A stretch of DNA of 64,000 nt from Candidatus Bathyarchaeia archaeon (GCA_038868075.1 JAWBXB010000002.1:73769-137768); one strand, 5' to 3'; counted from the stretch's first letter, positions 10,316-19,511 are shown. The notes: a model not told the origin generated them from the letters alone. A program made the numbers and translations.

Positions 10316-11086
10316 TTGATGGTGAAGATTGTGGCTATTGTAGGTGGTAAACGTTCTGGAAAAACAACCATTATTCAGCATCTAACTCATGAGCTTAAGA
10401 ATAGAGGTTATAGAGTTGGATCTGTAAGGGAGATGCTGAACGTTAATTGGATTGATACTCCTGAGAGGGAAACTTGGAAATATGGTGAGGCTGGAGCTGA
10501 AATTGTGACTGGCGCCGCGATGAACGAGACAGCTATTTTCGTAAAAAGAAAGCTTAGCTTAAAGGAGTTAGTGACTTTACTCATAGATCTAGACTATCTT
10601 CTCCTAGAGGGTTTTGAGGATGAGAAGACTATAGCAAGAATAGTTACGGCAAATAATGCGGCTGAGGCGCAAGAATTCTATAATGATTTAACTATTGCGA
10701 TTTCGGGAATCATAACTGAACATAGAGAAGAGATGGAAAAAGCTTCAAAACTTGGGGTTCCAATCTTTAATTGTAGGGCAGAAATAGAAAAACTCGCCGA
10801 CCTGGTTGAGCATAAATCCTTTCCATTCCTTCCTAACTTGAATTGTGGGGAATGTGGATATGGTTCGTGTCATGAACTTGCGAAAGCTATAGTTGCCGGA
10901 TTCACCAATTTAAGGGAATGCCCGCTGTTTAGAAGGGAGGACATAATTTTAGAGGTAAACGGTAAGATTATACCCTTAAAGTCTTTCCCAGCTCTTATTA
11001 TAAAGAGGGCTTTAATTGGTATGGTTTCCTCCTTAAATGGCGTTGATCAGATAAGGGAGATTAAAATCATGGTTAAGGCGACCTAA
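10316..11086 (+). CDS. MobB-like protein fused to a C-terminal Fe-S domain
   Basis: GGKRSGKTT, DTPERETWKYGEAGA, DYLLLEGF, and NCGECGYGSC...ECP. Confidence 0.8.
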   Translation: MMVKIVAIVGGKRSGKTTIIQHLTHELKNRGYRVGSVREMLNVNWIDTPERETWKYGEAGAEIVTGAAMNETAIFVKRKLSLKELVTLLIDLDYLLLEGFEDEKTIARIVTANNAAEAQEFYNDLTIAISGIITEHREEMEKASKLGVPIFNCRAEIEKLADLVEHKSFPFLPNLNCGECGYGSCHELAKAIVAGFTNLRECPLFRREDIILEVNGKIIPLKSFPALIIKRALIGMVSSLNGVDQIREIKIMVKAT

Positions 11087-11912
11087 ACTTGGATCTCCCT
11101 TAAGTAAAGCCCTTCAAGGAACATGGAAAATCCTAAAGGAAGCAACAAAAAGAAAAATCCTGCCTGATAAAATTATTAGACTGGATTTCGCTGTCACTCA
11201 ATAGTAATTCTTCGGAGTCGCGATTAACGGTTCTATTTTAAGGAGAAATTTTAGTAGTTTTAGATTTCTGAGAATTTATGCATAATAAGTAGGCATTTCT
11301 ATGAGGGCTTCGCCAGACGAATAGGTTTCTAAACGCTGGAAGAAATAGCGCAGTTAATTAAGGCGGCTCTGAACATATAGATATTTACTACTCTTGGAGT
11401 ATGGAGGCTGTTAATTACAACTTATGGAGGAGGCTAATTTTTATGAAGGGTATTTTTAAATTTTATGGGATGTTGTATTATGTTTCGTGATGAAAATATA
11501 AGATACTTTGATGAGCCTGGTCCTCAAAAATGCTTAGCGTTAACGTTCTGATAATCTTTAAGGATAATAAGAACGCCAATGAGGGTTAAGGGGTAATTAT
11601 TGTGGGTGAAACAAGATCAGTTCTGAGCAAATAAATGAGATAAGAAAGACGATCGAGAATTTCCTGCGTTAACGTTAAGAGGAACATTCGGTAAACCCTC
11701 TCAAGCCCCAGTATTCTTCCTTAACCAATTTTGCTGCAGTTCTAAATTTGGAGAATCTTCCACTAAATCTAAGTTTAGCCTTTTTAAGGAAGTTGCTGAA
11801 GACCTCCGGAACCTTATTTTGGCCACTAAGTCTCTTGCAGGGCTAGTGGTTGCCTATAAGCAGCAAATAGCTTAACAAAACACTCTTAAATCAATTTATT
11901 ATAGATGTAATT

Positions 11913-12305
11913 ATGAGGAGCCGGGTTCATTTGGGTTTCATTAAGGTTAAATTTGGTGTTTTTAATCCGCTTTCTCCTGCAAAGATTACTGAGGTAGAGG
12001 GTATAGTTGATACAGGAGCAATATATAGCGTTATACCTAGAAGGAGACTTGAGGATCTGGATGTTAAGCCAATTAAGAGGAGAAGGTTTAGGGCTTTTGG
12101 CGGGTATGTTGAGAGGGATATAAGTGAGGTTGGAATGGAGATTATGGGAAGGAGGAGGACAGTAACCGTTATTGTGGGGGAGGAGGAAGATCAAATCATT
12201 TTAGGCGTAACAGCCCTAGAATCCTTCGGTTTAGAAGTCGACCCAGTAAAGGGAACGTTGAAAGAGGCGGAGCTCCTACTTCTTGCAGTTCCATCCCTCT
12301 GTTAA
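11913..12305 (+). CDS. Retropepsin-like (clan AA) aspartyl protease, AF0612-like
   Basis: IVDTGA catalytic motif and C-terminal ILGVTALESFGLEVDP. Confidence 0.85.
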   Translation: MRSRVHLGFIKVKFGVFNPLSPAKITEVEGIVDTGAIYSVIPRRRLEDLDVKPIKRRRFRAFGGYVERDISEVGMEIMGRRRTVTVIVGEEEDQIILGVTALESFGLEVDPVKGTLKEAELLLLAVPSLC

Positions 12306-12373
12306 GCTCCCCCTATAAATGAACAGTGTATTAATAACTTTTCCCTTTTGGTCCACCTAAGACTCTCACAACT

Positions 12374-12612
12374 CTAACTTTTGTTGAATTGAAGGCTGAC
12401 TCTTCGGCCATCTTTTCGAGCTTCATAAGTTACTATTGTATTTGGGTTTACCCCTAATATTGTTTCTATCAACAATCCTTCGAAGGCTAGATAATTGTAA
12501 AATGAGTATAGGGCTGAGAAATAATTCTCATCAACGGTCTTATATTTTGCTCCGCCCTCCACTATATGCTGAAGGCTTTGCTGGGAAAGAGCGAGTACAT
12601 CTTTAGAAGCGG
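12374..12612 (-). pseudogene. Fragment resembling the N-terminal SAM-like domain of a tyrosine recombinase
   Basis: Reads KYKTVDENYFSALYSFYNYLAFEGLL, like the KT(I/V)ENYFSALSSFYDYL.FEG segment of archaeal XerC-type integrases. It then decays and has no catalytic domain. Confidence 0.5.
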
Positions 12613-12613
12613 C

Positions 12614-12933
12614 AGCTTAGACCACTTTGCACAGAACTTTAAAAACAGAGGAAGCATGTAGCCGAAGATAACATGATAAATTTCAAGACCTTCGGCACTT
12701 CAAGGCAACAATGGGGTACCATAAGACTAAGGACATACTTTACGTTAAATAGCTATTGGGACATAAGGGCATCAGAAACACCCTGAAATACACTCACCTA
12801 GTTAAGTTTGAGTCCGATGAATGCGTCTGTAAGGTTGCTAGGACAACCCGAGGAGATATCAAGTTTGATTGAAGCGGGATTCGAGTACATATGTGAACAC
12901 GAAGGGCTGAAATTCTTTAGAAAGCGCAAGTAG
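12614..12933 (+). pseudogene. Tyrosine recombinase (integrase) C-terminal remnant
   Basis: Reassembled across frameshifts: SLDHFAQNF..KQRKHVA...FKTFRHFKATMGYHKTKDILYVK*LLGHKGIRNTLKYTHLVKFESDECVCKVART.EEISSLIEAGFEYICEHEGLKFFRKRK*. RH, LGH and the Tyr are retained. There is an in-frame TAG at 12750. It ends about 40 bp from the tRNA 3' end. Confidence 0.85.
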
Positions 12934-12971
12934 GAGGGCGCGGAATGCCTGGAGGAGTGAGGTTGCGTAAA

Positions 12972-13128
12972 TGGTGCGGGGGGTGGGATTCGAACCCACG
13001 AACCCCTTCGGGACGGGATACCCCATCCTTTTAGATCTTGAGTCTTACGCGCATATGGCGAAGGATAGCCATATACTCCGCGCATTAAGTCCAAATCTGC
13101 CTGTTTGACCTGGCTCTGCCACCCCCGC
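12972..13128 (-). tRNA. tRNA-Leu(CAA) with three introns (21/22: 13104-13086; 29/30: 13077-13045; 37/38: 13036-13020), CCA encoded
   Basis: Removing 19-, 33- and 17-nt introns gives GCGGGGG TG GCAGAGCCAGGTCAAATGC G CGGGA CT-CAA-GA TCCCG TCCCGAAGGGGTTC GTGGG TTCGAAT CCCAC CCCCCGC ACCA, with complete acceptor, D, anticodon, long variable and T arms. Each intron has a BHB motif. Confidence 0.92.
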
Positions 13129-13227
13129 ATCCTCATATATTAGCTTTATCGTTTTTCTGCGATAATTATATTTTGTGGTTTCATCTCTAGGATTATTGTT
13201 TCACGCTTTATTGCTGGAGGAAACTCT

Positions 13228-14154
13228 ATGAGTGAAGATAGGATTGTTGAGATGATTGAGGAGGCAAGCAAGAGTGTTGTTAACATTAATACTTTGAGAG
13301 TTTTTCATGACTTTTTATATCAGGTTGTTCCGGTGGAGGGGATTGGTTCAGGCTTCATCTTCGACGAAAGGGGCTATATTCTAACCAATTATCATGTTGT
13401 TGAGGGTGCGAGGAGAATTCTGGTAACACTGGTTGATGGGCGTACTTTTGAGGCCAGGTTTATTGGGGCTTATAGGGGTTTGGATATAGCGGTTTTGAAG
13501 ATAGATGCGGACAATCTAGCCGTAGCCAAGCTGGGCGATTCCGATAAACTGAGGGTTGGACAGAGGGTCTTTGCTATAGGAAACCCATTTGGATTGGCTG
13601 GTGGACCAACGGTTACGTCTGGTGTCATAAGCGCATTAAAGAGAACAATCCACTCTGAGAGGGGAATATTTAGGGATCTGGTTCAAACCGATGCTGCTAT
13701 AAACCCGGGTAACTCAGGCGGACCATTAGTTAACGTTAATGGGGAGGTTGTTGCGATAAATACGGCTATAATTCCATTTGCTCAGGGAATTGGCTTTGCG
13801 ATACCAATAAACGCTGCTAAGGAGGTTGCCAGAGAAATAATATTGTATGGTTCTTACACAAGACCGTGGCTTGGGATAGCTGGTGTTAGCGTGAATAGGC
13901 AGATTGCCGAATACTATGATTTGCCGGTTGAACATGGGGTGCTCGTTGCTAGAGTTACACCCGACAGCCCAGCCGATAAGGCTGGAATCGAGCGGGGTGA
14001 CATAATAATTGAGTTTGATGGTAAGCGTATTGATGGGATAGAAGAGTTACAGAAAATTTTGGCCGAGAAGAAGCATGGTTGCGAATGCGAAGCCATAATT
14101 TTAAAGGGATTGAGAAAGTTTAGAGTAAAAATTTTGTTGGAGCGGGAGCCATAA
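13228..14154 (+). CDS. HtrA/DegP-like serine protease with PDZ domain
   Basis: GSGFI, TNYHVV, DIAVLK, QTDAAINPGNSGGPL, followed by a PDZ domain. Confidence 0.93.
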   Translation: MSEDRIVEMIEEASKSVVNINTLRVFHDFLYQVVPVEGIGSGFIFDERGYILTNYHVVEGARRILVTLVDGRTFEARFIGAYRGLDIAVLKIDADNLAVAKLGDSDKLRVGQRVFAIGNPFGLAGGPTVTSGVISALKRTIHSERGIFRDLVQTDAAINPGNSGGPLVNVNGEVVAINTAIIPFAQGIGFAIPINAAKEVAREIILYGSYTRPWLGIAGVSVNRQIAEYYDLPVEHGVLVARVTPDSPADKAGIERGDIIIEFDGKRIDGIEELQKILAEKKHGCECEAIILKGLRKFRVKILLEREP

Positions 14155-14209
14155 AACCACAAACATTAATAAATCTTAAACCCTATTAATGCTTTTGTGG
14201 TGATGCTCA

Positions 14210-14524
14210 ATGCCTATAGACCCAGACTTTCAGAAGAAGAGGAAGATTGTCGATACTCATAGGGGGCATGCTGTCTGGGGTCCGGTTGAGCCTCCGACAA
14301 AGCTTGGAATTCATGGAACAAATGTCGCTGTTGATTGGGATGTATGTGAGGGTTGTGGAACATGCATTGATGTATGTCCAGTAGGCTTATATGAGTGGGC
14401 TGAGACACCTGACCATCCGGTTTCAGAGAAGAAGTCTGACCCGGTTAGGGAGTCTGAGTGCATACAGTGCTTGGCATGCGAGACCCAATGTCCAACACAA
14501 GCGATAAAAATCACCCCACCATAA
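14210..14524 (+). CDS. Zinc-containing ferredoxin (Zfx-like), 2x[4Fe-4S]
   Basis: N-terminal extension with H17, H20, H35 and D77 matching the Sulfolobales Zn site, plus two CxxCxxCxxxCP motifs. Confidence 0.88.
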   Translation: MPIDPDFQKKRKIVDTHRGHAVWGPVEPPTKLGIHGTNVAVDWDVCEGCGTCIDVCPVGLYEWAETPDHPVSEKKSDPVRESECIQCLACETQCPTQAIKITPP

Positions 14525-14624
14525 TCACCCCTCATTTTCTTTTTAAGAGGCCACCACTAATCCACATTAATCCATGCCCTCTCAGTGATGTCGAGATTCT
14601 TAGTCATGATGATGTGAGACTGAT

Positions 14625-15491
14625 ATGCTAGAGGATGTTAATAAGATAATATTAGCCGCCCAGAAGAATGAGGTTACCGAGCACTATATTTATAGGAGAC
14701 TGGCTCAATCAGTAAAGGACTCTAATAATAGGGATGTTCTGAGACATATATCGGTTAAGGAGCTTGAACACTACAATTTTTGGAGAGAGTACACCCGCAA
14801 GGATGTTAAACCAAGTAGGCTTAGGATTTGGAAATACCTCTTAATCTCCAAGATTTTTGGGATAACTTTCGGAATAAAGCTCATGGAGAGAGGGGAAGAA
14901 AGGGCCAAAATTATATATGAAAAGATATCCAAGCAGATTCCGGAGGCTTCCAGAATAATTGAGGATGAGGATTCACATGAGAAGGAGCTTATCGGCTTAA
15001 TTGATGAGGAGAAACTCAGATATGTTAGTTCCATAGTTTTGGGGTTGAATGATGCTCTCGTTGAGCTTACAGGAGCGCTTGCTGGTTTCACTCTAGCCTT
15101 CCAAGAAGCGCGTTTAGTTGCAATGACGGGACTAATTACTGGGATTGCAGGAGCATTATCAATGGCCACATCAGAGTATTTATCAACTAAATCCGAGGGA
15201 GACTCTAGGAGTCCGCTTAAGGCAGCTGCTTATACTGGCATAACCTATATCTTCACCATTCTATTTCTGATATTGCCATACATTTTCTTAGCCGAAATTT
15301 ATGCATGCATAATCTTAACGTTAATAAACGCAGTAATACTCATTTTCTTGTTTACCTTCTACGTCTCTATAGCAAAGGACCTGCCCTTTAAGAGAAGATT
15401 CCTAGAGATGATTACAGTAAGCCTTGGAATAGCGTGCCTAACCTTCTTCATAGGTTTTCTTGTAAAGATATTTCTAAACATAGAGATGTAA
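14625..15491 (+). CDS. Ferritin/rubrerythrin-like domain plus VIT1/CCC1 iron transporter (MbfA-like)
   Basis: ExxH-type di-iron motifs (ELEH, EDSH), then VLGLNDALVE...AMATSEYLS and TM helices. Confidence 0.85.
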   Translation: MLEDVNKIILAAQKNEVTEHYIYRRLAQSVKDSNNRDVLRHISVKELEHYNFWREYTRKDVKPSRLRIWKYLLISKIFGITFGIKLMERGEERAKIIYEKISKQIPEASRIIEDEDSHEKELIGLIDEEKLRYVSSIVLGLNDALVELTGALAGFTLAFQEARLVAMTGLITGIAGALSMATSEYLSTKSEGDSRSPLKAAAYTGITYIFTILFLILPYIFLAEIYACIILTLINAVILIFLFTFYVSIAKDLPFKRRFLEMITVSLGIACLTFFIGFLVKIFLNIEM

Positions 15492-15609
15492 GATTGAGAA
15501 GTTAGACATAAAGATAAGAGAGTCTCTGTGAAAATTTAGAATGGCTTAAAGATTACTGAAAGAAAAAAGGGGAGTGGAGGTGATGTTCTGGTATGCTGCT
15601 GAGAGACTC

Positions 15610-16272
15610 TTACTCTATCTTCTTATAGCATAACCACCAATCTAGGCACTTTATTTCTCCAGCCTTCTCCTGCTCTTTTCTCTTCTGAATCATTTCCACG
15701 GTGTTCGCTGGCGGGACAATCACATTGTCGCCAATTATCTCATTATTAGGCCAGTTGGCTGGTATAGCATAGCCTTTATCGGCAATCTGTAGCGCCCTTA
15801 CCATTCGGAGTATTTCATCCATGTTTCTGCCAAGTTCCATTGGATAATAAAGTATAGCCCTAACAATACCCTTAGGGTCAACTATAAAGACCGCCCTCAC
15901 GGTTTGAGTTCCGGCAGCCTGCTTATGGCGCATGCCTAATCTTGCGGATATTTCGCCAGTATTATCCGCAATTATCGGGAACTGTATCTCCACGCCGAGT
16001 CTCTCTTTAATCCACTCCTCCCACTTTAAATGCGCGAAAACCTGATCTATGCTCAGCCCAATTAACTCACAATTTAGCTTCTTAAATTCTTCATATCTCT
16101 TCTGGAATGCAACAAACTCGGTTGTGCATACTGGAGTGAAGTCCGCTGGATGGCTGAAGAGAATAAACCATTTACCACTATAATCATCTGGAAGCTTGAT
16201 TATACCTTTGGTGGTTCTAACCTCCATCTGAGGAAATCTATCGCCTATTAATGGCATTCTGTATTCTTCCAT
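15610..16272 (-). CDS. Peroxiredoxin (archaeal Prx6-type)
   Basis: [24 protein letters not shown]-terminal CLDWWLC. Confidence 0.93.
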   Translation of the reverse strand: MEEYRMPLIGDRFPQMEVRTTKGIIKLPDDYSGKWFILFSHPADFTPVCTTEFVAFQKRYEEFKKLNCELIGLSIDQVFAHLKWEEWIKERLGVEIQFPIIADNTGEISARLGMRHKQAAGTQTVRAVFIVDPKGIVRAILYYPMELGRNMDEILRMVRALQIADKGYAIPANWPNNEIIGDNVIVPPANTVEMIQKRKEQEKAGEIKCLDWWLCYKKIE

Positions 16273-16514
16273 AAAATATCACCAATCAATTTTTTATAAG
16301 CCAAAAATATAATATTTTTCTACGATTTTCGGCTTAAAATAGAAGTTAATATTCACATTTTCGCAATTTTATCATAGATTCCTTCAGAATTCAGTAAATT
16401 CTAATGTAGTTAAATCATAATTAAAAGTAGATTATGTTCCACAAAAACCTACAAAATAATTAAGAGTAGGATTTCACATTTTTATATTTTGAATTTATAT
16501 TCCATTGGGAAAAT

Positions 16515-18341
16515 CTACAGTATGAGTTCTTTCACCTTCCTCACTATGCCGCCCGCGTCTATCCCCTGTTCCGCCAAAAGTTCTTCTGGTTTTCCGGAGT
16601 GAGGCATCTTCCTAACAGCTAATATATGTGGTTTTAGTCCCAATGATGCTACCGCCTCACCGAGCCCGCCCTCTGGATAATGATCCTCAACAGTTATTAT
16701 GTGCTTTGTCTCCTTAGAGGCCTTGATTAAGGTTTCTGCGTCCAAAGGTTTTACCGAGTAACAGTCTATAACTCTAATATTTATCCCATCAGCTTTTAGC
16801 TTCTCGTAGGCTTTTAGAGCTTCATGAACGGTTACTCCAGCCGCTACAACCGTTACTTCATCATTTGCGCTGCATCTGAGAGCCTTTGAGCCACCAACAT
16901 GAAATTCTTCATCATTACTGTATATAACTGGAGTTTTAGGTCTTGTTGTTCTAATGTAGGATATGCCCTCATAATTTGCCATTGCGCAGGTGAGTTTCTC
17001 AGCGCTTACAGCATCACAGGGATAAAGGACAATGCTTCCGAAGACCGCGCGAAACAGTGCTAGATCCTCCAACCCCATTTGGGATGGCCCATCCTCTCCT
17101 ATTGATACCCCTGCATGTGAACCAGCTATCTTCAGGTTAGCCCTAGAGTAAGAAGCCATTCTTATCTGGTCGTATGCCCTTGATAGAAAGCATGCAAACG
17201 ATGATAAGAATACGTCAAAGCCTTGTGATTGAAGCCCAACGGCTACTCCAACCATATTTTGTTCAGCGATGTAACACTGTAGGCTCCTCTCTGGGAACTT
17301 ATTGAAGAAATATATGGTGAATGTTGAGTTCTTTACATCACCATCTAAAACGACCATTCTCTCATTTTGCTCACCTAGCTTAACAAGGGCTCTTCCAAAT
17401 GCCTCCCTAGTTGCAATCATATCGCCAATCTTATAATCTGTCTTAATAGAGTACTTCTTTCTCGGCTCTATTGAGATTTTGGCTTCTATAAAATTGCTCG
17501 GTTGAAACTTAATCTCTTTTATTTTTGGCAGTATTTCGCTCTCAGCCCGCTTAAGCTCCTCCTCGCTTAGGGCTGTTCCATGCCTACCCTCAATGTTCTC
17601 AAGAAAACTAATGCCCTTGCCCTTAGTGGTCTTAGCAATTATAAAGAACGGTTTATCGGATTTTCTGGCCTCCTCAAAAGCTCTCAATAAATCCTTAACA
17701 TCATGCCCATTACATATAGTGGTGTTCCAGCCGAATGCCTCGACCCTTCTGGCATATGCCTCTCCATCCCACTGAAACATTGTTGGTTCACTCTGACCTA
17801 ATCTATTCATGTCCAATATAGCTATGAGATTTGACACCTTAAGCTTGCCTGCCAAATTTATTGCTTCCCAAACTGAGCCCTCAGCAACTTCTCCATCGCC
17901 GAGTAGAACGTAAACCCGCCTATTTATGCCTAAAAGTCTCTTAGCGTAAGCCATGCCTAAACCTATAGATAAGCCTTGACCAAGCGAGCCAGTTGCAACT
18001 CTTATACCCTTAACTCTGGGAACAGGATGCCCTTCAAGCTCTGAGTCAAACTGCCTTAAAGTCATAAGTTTTTCTCTGGGGAAAACACCGATCTCAGCTA
18101 GAGCTGCATATAAAACTGGAGCAGCATGACCCTTAGATAAAATAAACTCGTCATTATCTAAATAATCAATATGTTTCGGATCCACATTCATCACGTTAAA
18201 GAATAAAGTTGCTACAATTTCAGCGCTTGAGAGACAACTAGTTGGATGACCAGACTTAGCTTTAGTCGTAGGTCTAATACTGTGCAACCTTAGGATATTT
18301 GCAACATTTTCAAGACATTCTATAATATTTTCATCAATCAT
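16515..18341 (-). CDS. tkt: Transketolase, single-chain
   Basis: SGHPTSC, ATGSLGQG, ThDP motif GDGE..EGSVWEA...N, IAEQNMV, SHAGVSIGEDGPSQM, TVEDHY. Confidence 0.93.
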   Translation of the reverse strand: MIDENIIECLENVANILRLHSIRPTTKAKSGHPTSCLSSAEIVATLFFNVMNVDPKHIDYLDNDEFILSKGHAAPVLYAALAEIGVFPREKLMTLRQFDSELEGHPVPRVKGIRVATGSLGQGLSIGLGMAYAKRLLGINRRVYVLLGDGEVAEGSVWEAINLAGKLKVSNLIAILDMNRLGQSEPTMFQWDGEAYARRVEAFGWNTTICNGHDVKDLLRAFEEARKSDKPFFIIAKTTKGKGISFLENIEGRHGTALSEEELKRAESEILPKIKEIKFQPSNFIEAKISIEPRKKYSIKTDYKIGDMIATREAFGRALVKLGEQNERMVVLDGDVKNSTFTIYFFNKFPERSLQCYIAEQNMVGVAVGLQSQGFDVFLSSFACFLSRAYDQIRMASYSRANLKIAGSHAGVSIGEDGPSQMGLEDLALFRAVFGSIVLYPCDAVSAEKLTCAMANYEGISYIRTTRPKTPVIYSNDEEFHVGGSKALRCSANDEVTVVAAGVTVHEALKAYEKLKADGINIRVIDCYSVKPLDAETLIKASKETKHIITVEDHYPEGGLGEAVASLGLKPHILAVRKMPHSGKPEELLAEQGIDAGGIVRKVKELIL

Positions 18342-18505
18342 ATGAGCACCACACCAGACTAACTAATAGGTATTTTAAGGTTTATTTATTTTGCCTCAAT
18401 ATTTAGTTATCCCTAAAATTCCCTCACTTAAAATTATCTTCACATTAAAGAAAGCATATATTTCATAAATTATTAAAACACTCTAAGAAGTGTAAGGGGA
18501 GTTTT

Positions 18506-19426
18506 ATGGAAGAAATTTATGACGTGATAATTATTGGCTGCGGACCAGCTGGACTAACGGCTGCCATATATACTTCGCGGATGAGCTTAAAAACGCTGAT
18601 CTTAGAAAGAGGTGTGCCAGGAGGAAGAGCTTCTGAAGCATATCTAATAGAGAATTTTCCGGGTTTCCCCGATGGAATTTCGGGTACCGATCTTATTGAA
18701 AGAATGCTTAAGCAAGCCGAGCGCTTCGGAGCGGAGATAAAATTTCCGGAGGAGGTTCTTGACATGGATCTTTCAGCTACCGTTAAAACTGTTAAAACTA
18801 GGTACGGTGAATATCGGGGTTACAGTATTATAATTGCAACTGGGACTCAGAGAAAAAAGATGATTGTTCCGGGAGAGACGGAGTTTCTTGGTCGCGGCGT
18901 ATCATATTGTGCAGTTTGTGATGCGCCATTCTTTAGAGATAAAGTTGTGGCGACAATCGGCTTCAATAATGAGGCTCTAGAAGATGCGCTCTACATATCT
19001 GGATTCGCGAAAAAAGTCATTTTAATATCTCACGGCGAAAAAGATGAGATTGAGGAAGATTTACTCCGGAAGGTGTATGAAAAGCAAAACATAGAGTTTA
19101 TGGATGCAAGAGTTATGTCAGTGAATGGTGAAGTATACGTTAAATCTATTACTGTAATGGATCAGAATGGCATTAAGGAAATCCCGGTTGACGGTGTCTT
19201 CATAGTTTTGGGTAGCGTTCCTGTTACGAACATTGTTAGGAAAGCTGGAATTGCAGTTGATGAGAGGGGATGTATAAAGGTTGATAGAGCACAATCAACT
19301 AACATTGAAGGAGTTTTCGCAGCTGGCGACTGCACATGTGGTGGGATGCAAGTGGCAACAGCTGTCGGTGAGGGAGCTATGGCAGCTTTACAAGCATATA
19401 GATACGTTAAGAGAATTAAAAAGTAA
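18506..19426 (+). CDS. trxB: Thioredoxin reductase
   Basis: GCGPAGLTAA, GRGVSYCAVCD, VFAAGD. Confidence 0.92.
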   Translation: MEEIYDVIIIGCGPAGLTAAIYTSRMSLKTLILERGVPGGRASEAYLIENFPGFPDGISGTDLIERMLKQAERFGAEIKFPEEVLDMDLSATVKTVKTRYGEYRGYSIIIATGTQRKKMIVPGETEFLGRGVSYCAVCDAPFFRDKVVATIGFNNEALEDALYISGFAKKVILISHGEKDEIEEDLLRKVYEKQNIEFMDARVMSVNGEVYVKSITVMDQNGIKEIPVDGVFIVLGSVPVTNIVRKAGIAVDERGCIKVDRAQSTNIEGVFAAGDCTCGGMQVATAVGEGAMAALQAYRYVKRIKK

Positions 19427-19511
19427 AATCAGTAGTCAGATAAAGCTTAGAAGTTAAAATCTTAAATACTTACAGCGTGTCTATAATTAGTGTATTGGAG
19501 GTTGAAAGAGA

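Noticed and set aside
11480-11551. MFRDENIRYFDEPGPQK, resembling the start of MTH1675-like (pyruvate-kinase C-terminal fold) proteins
   Set aside because: Only about 15 matching residues before a stop; too short to support by eye.
12798-13136. 112-aa minus-strand ORF
   Set aside because: It runs through the intron-containing tRNA-Leu gene and is an artefact of its GC-rich sequence.
14585-14623. C/D-box-like words (GTGATGT...ATGATGA...CTGA) before the VIT1 gene
   Set aside because: Guide spacing is too short (7 nt) and there is no convincing D' box.
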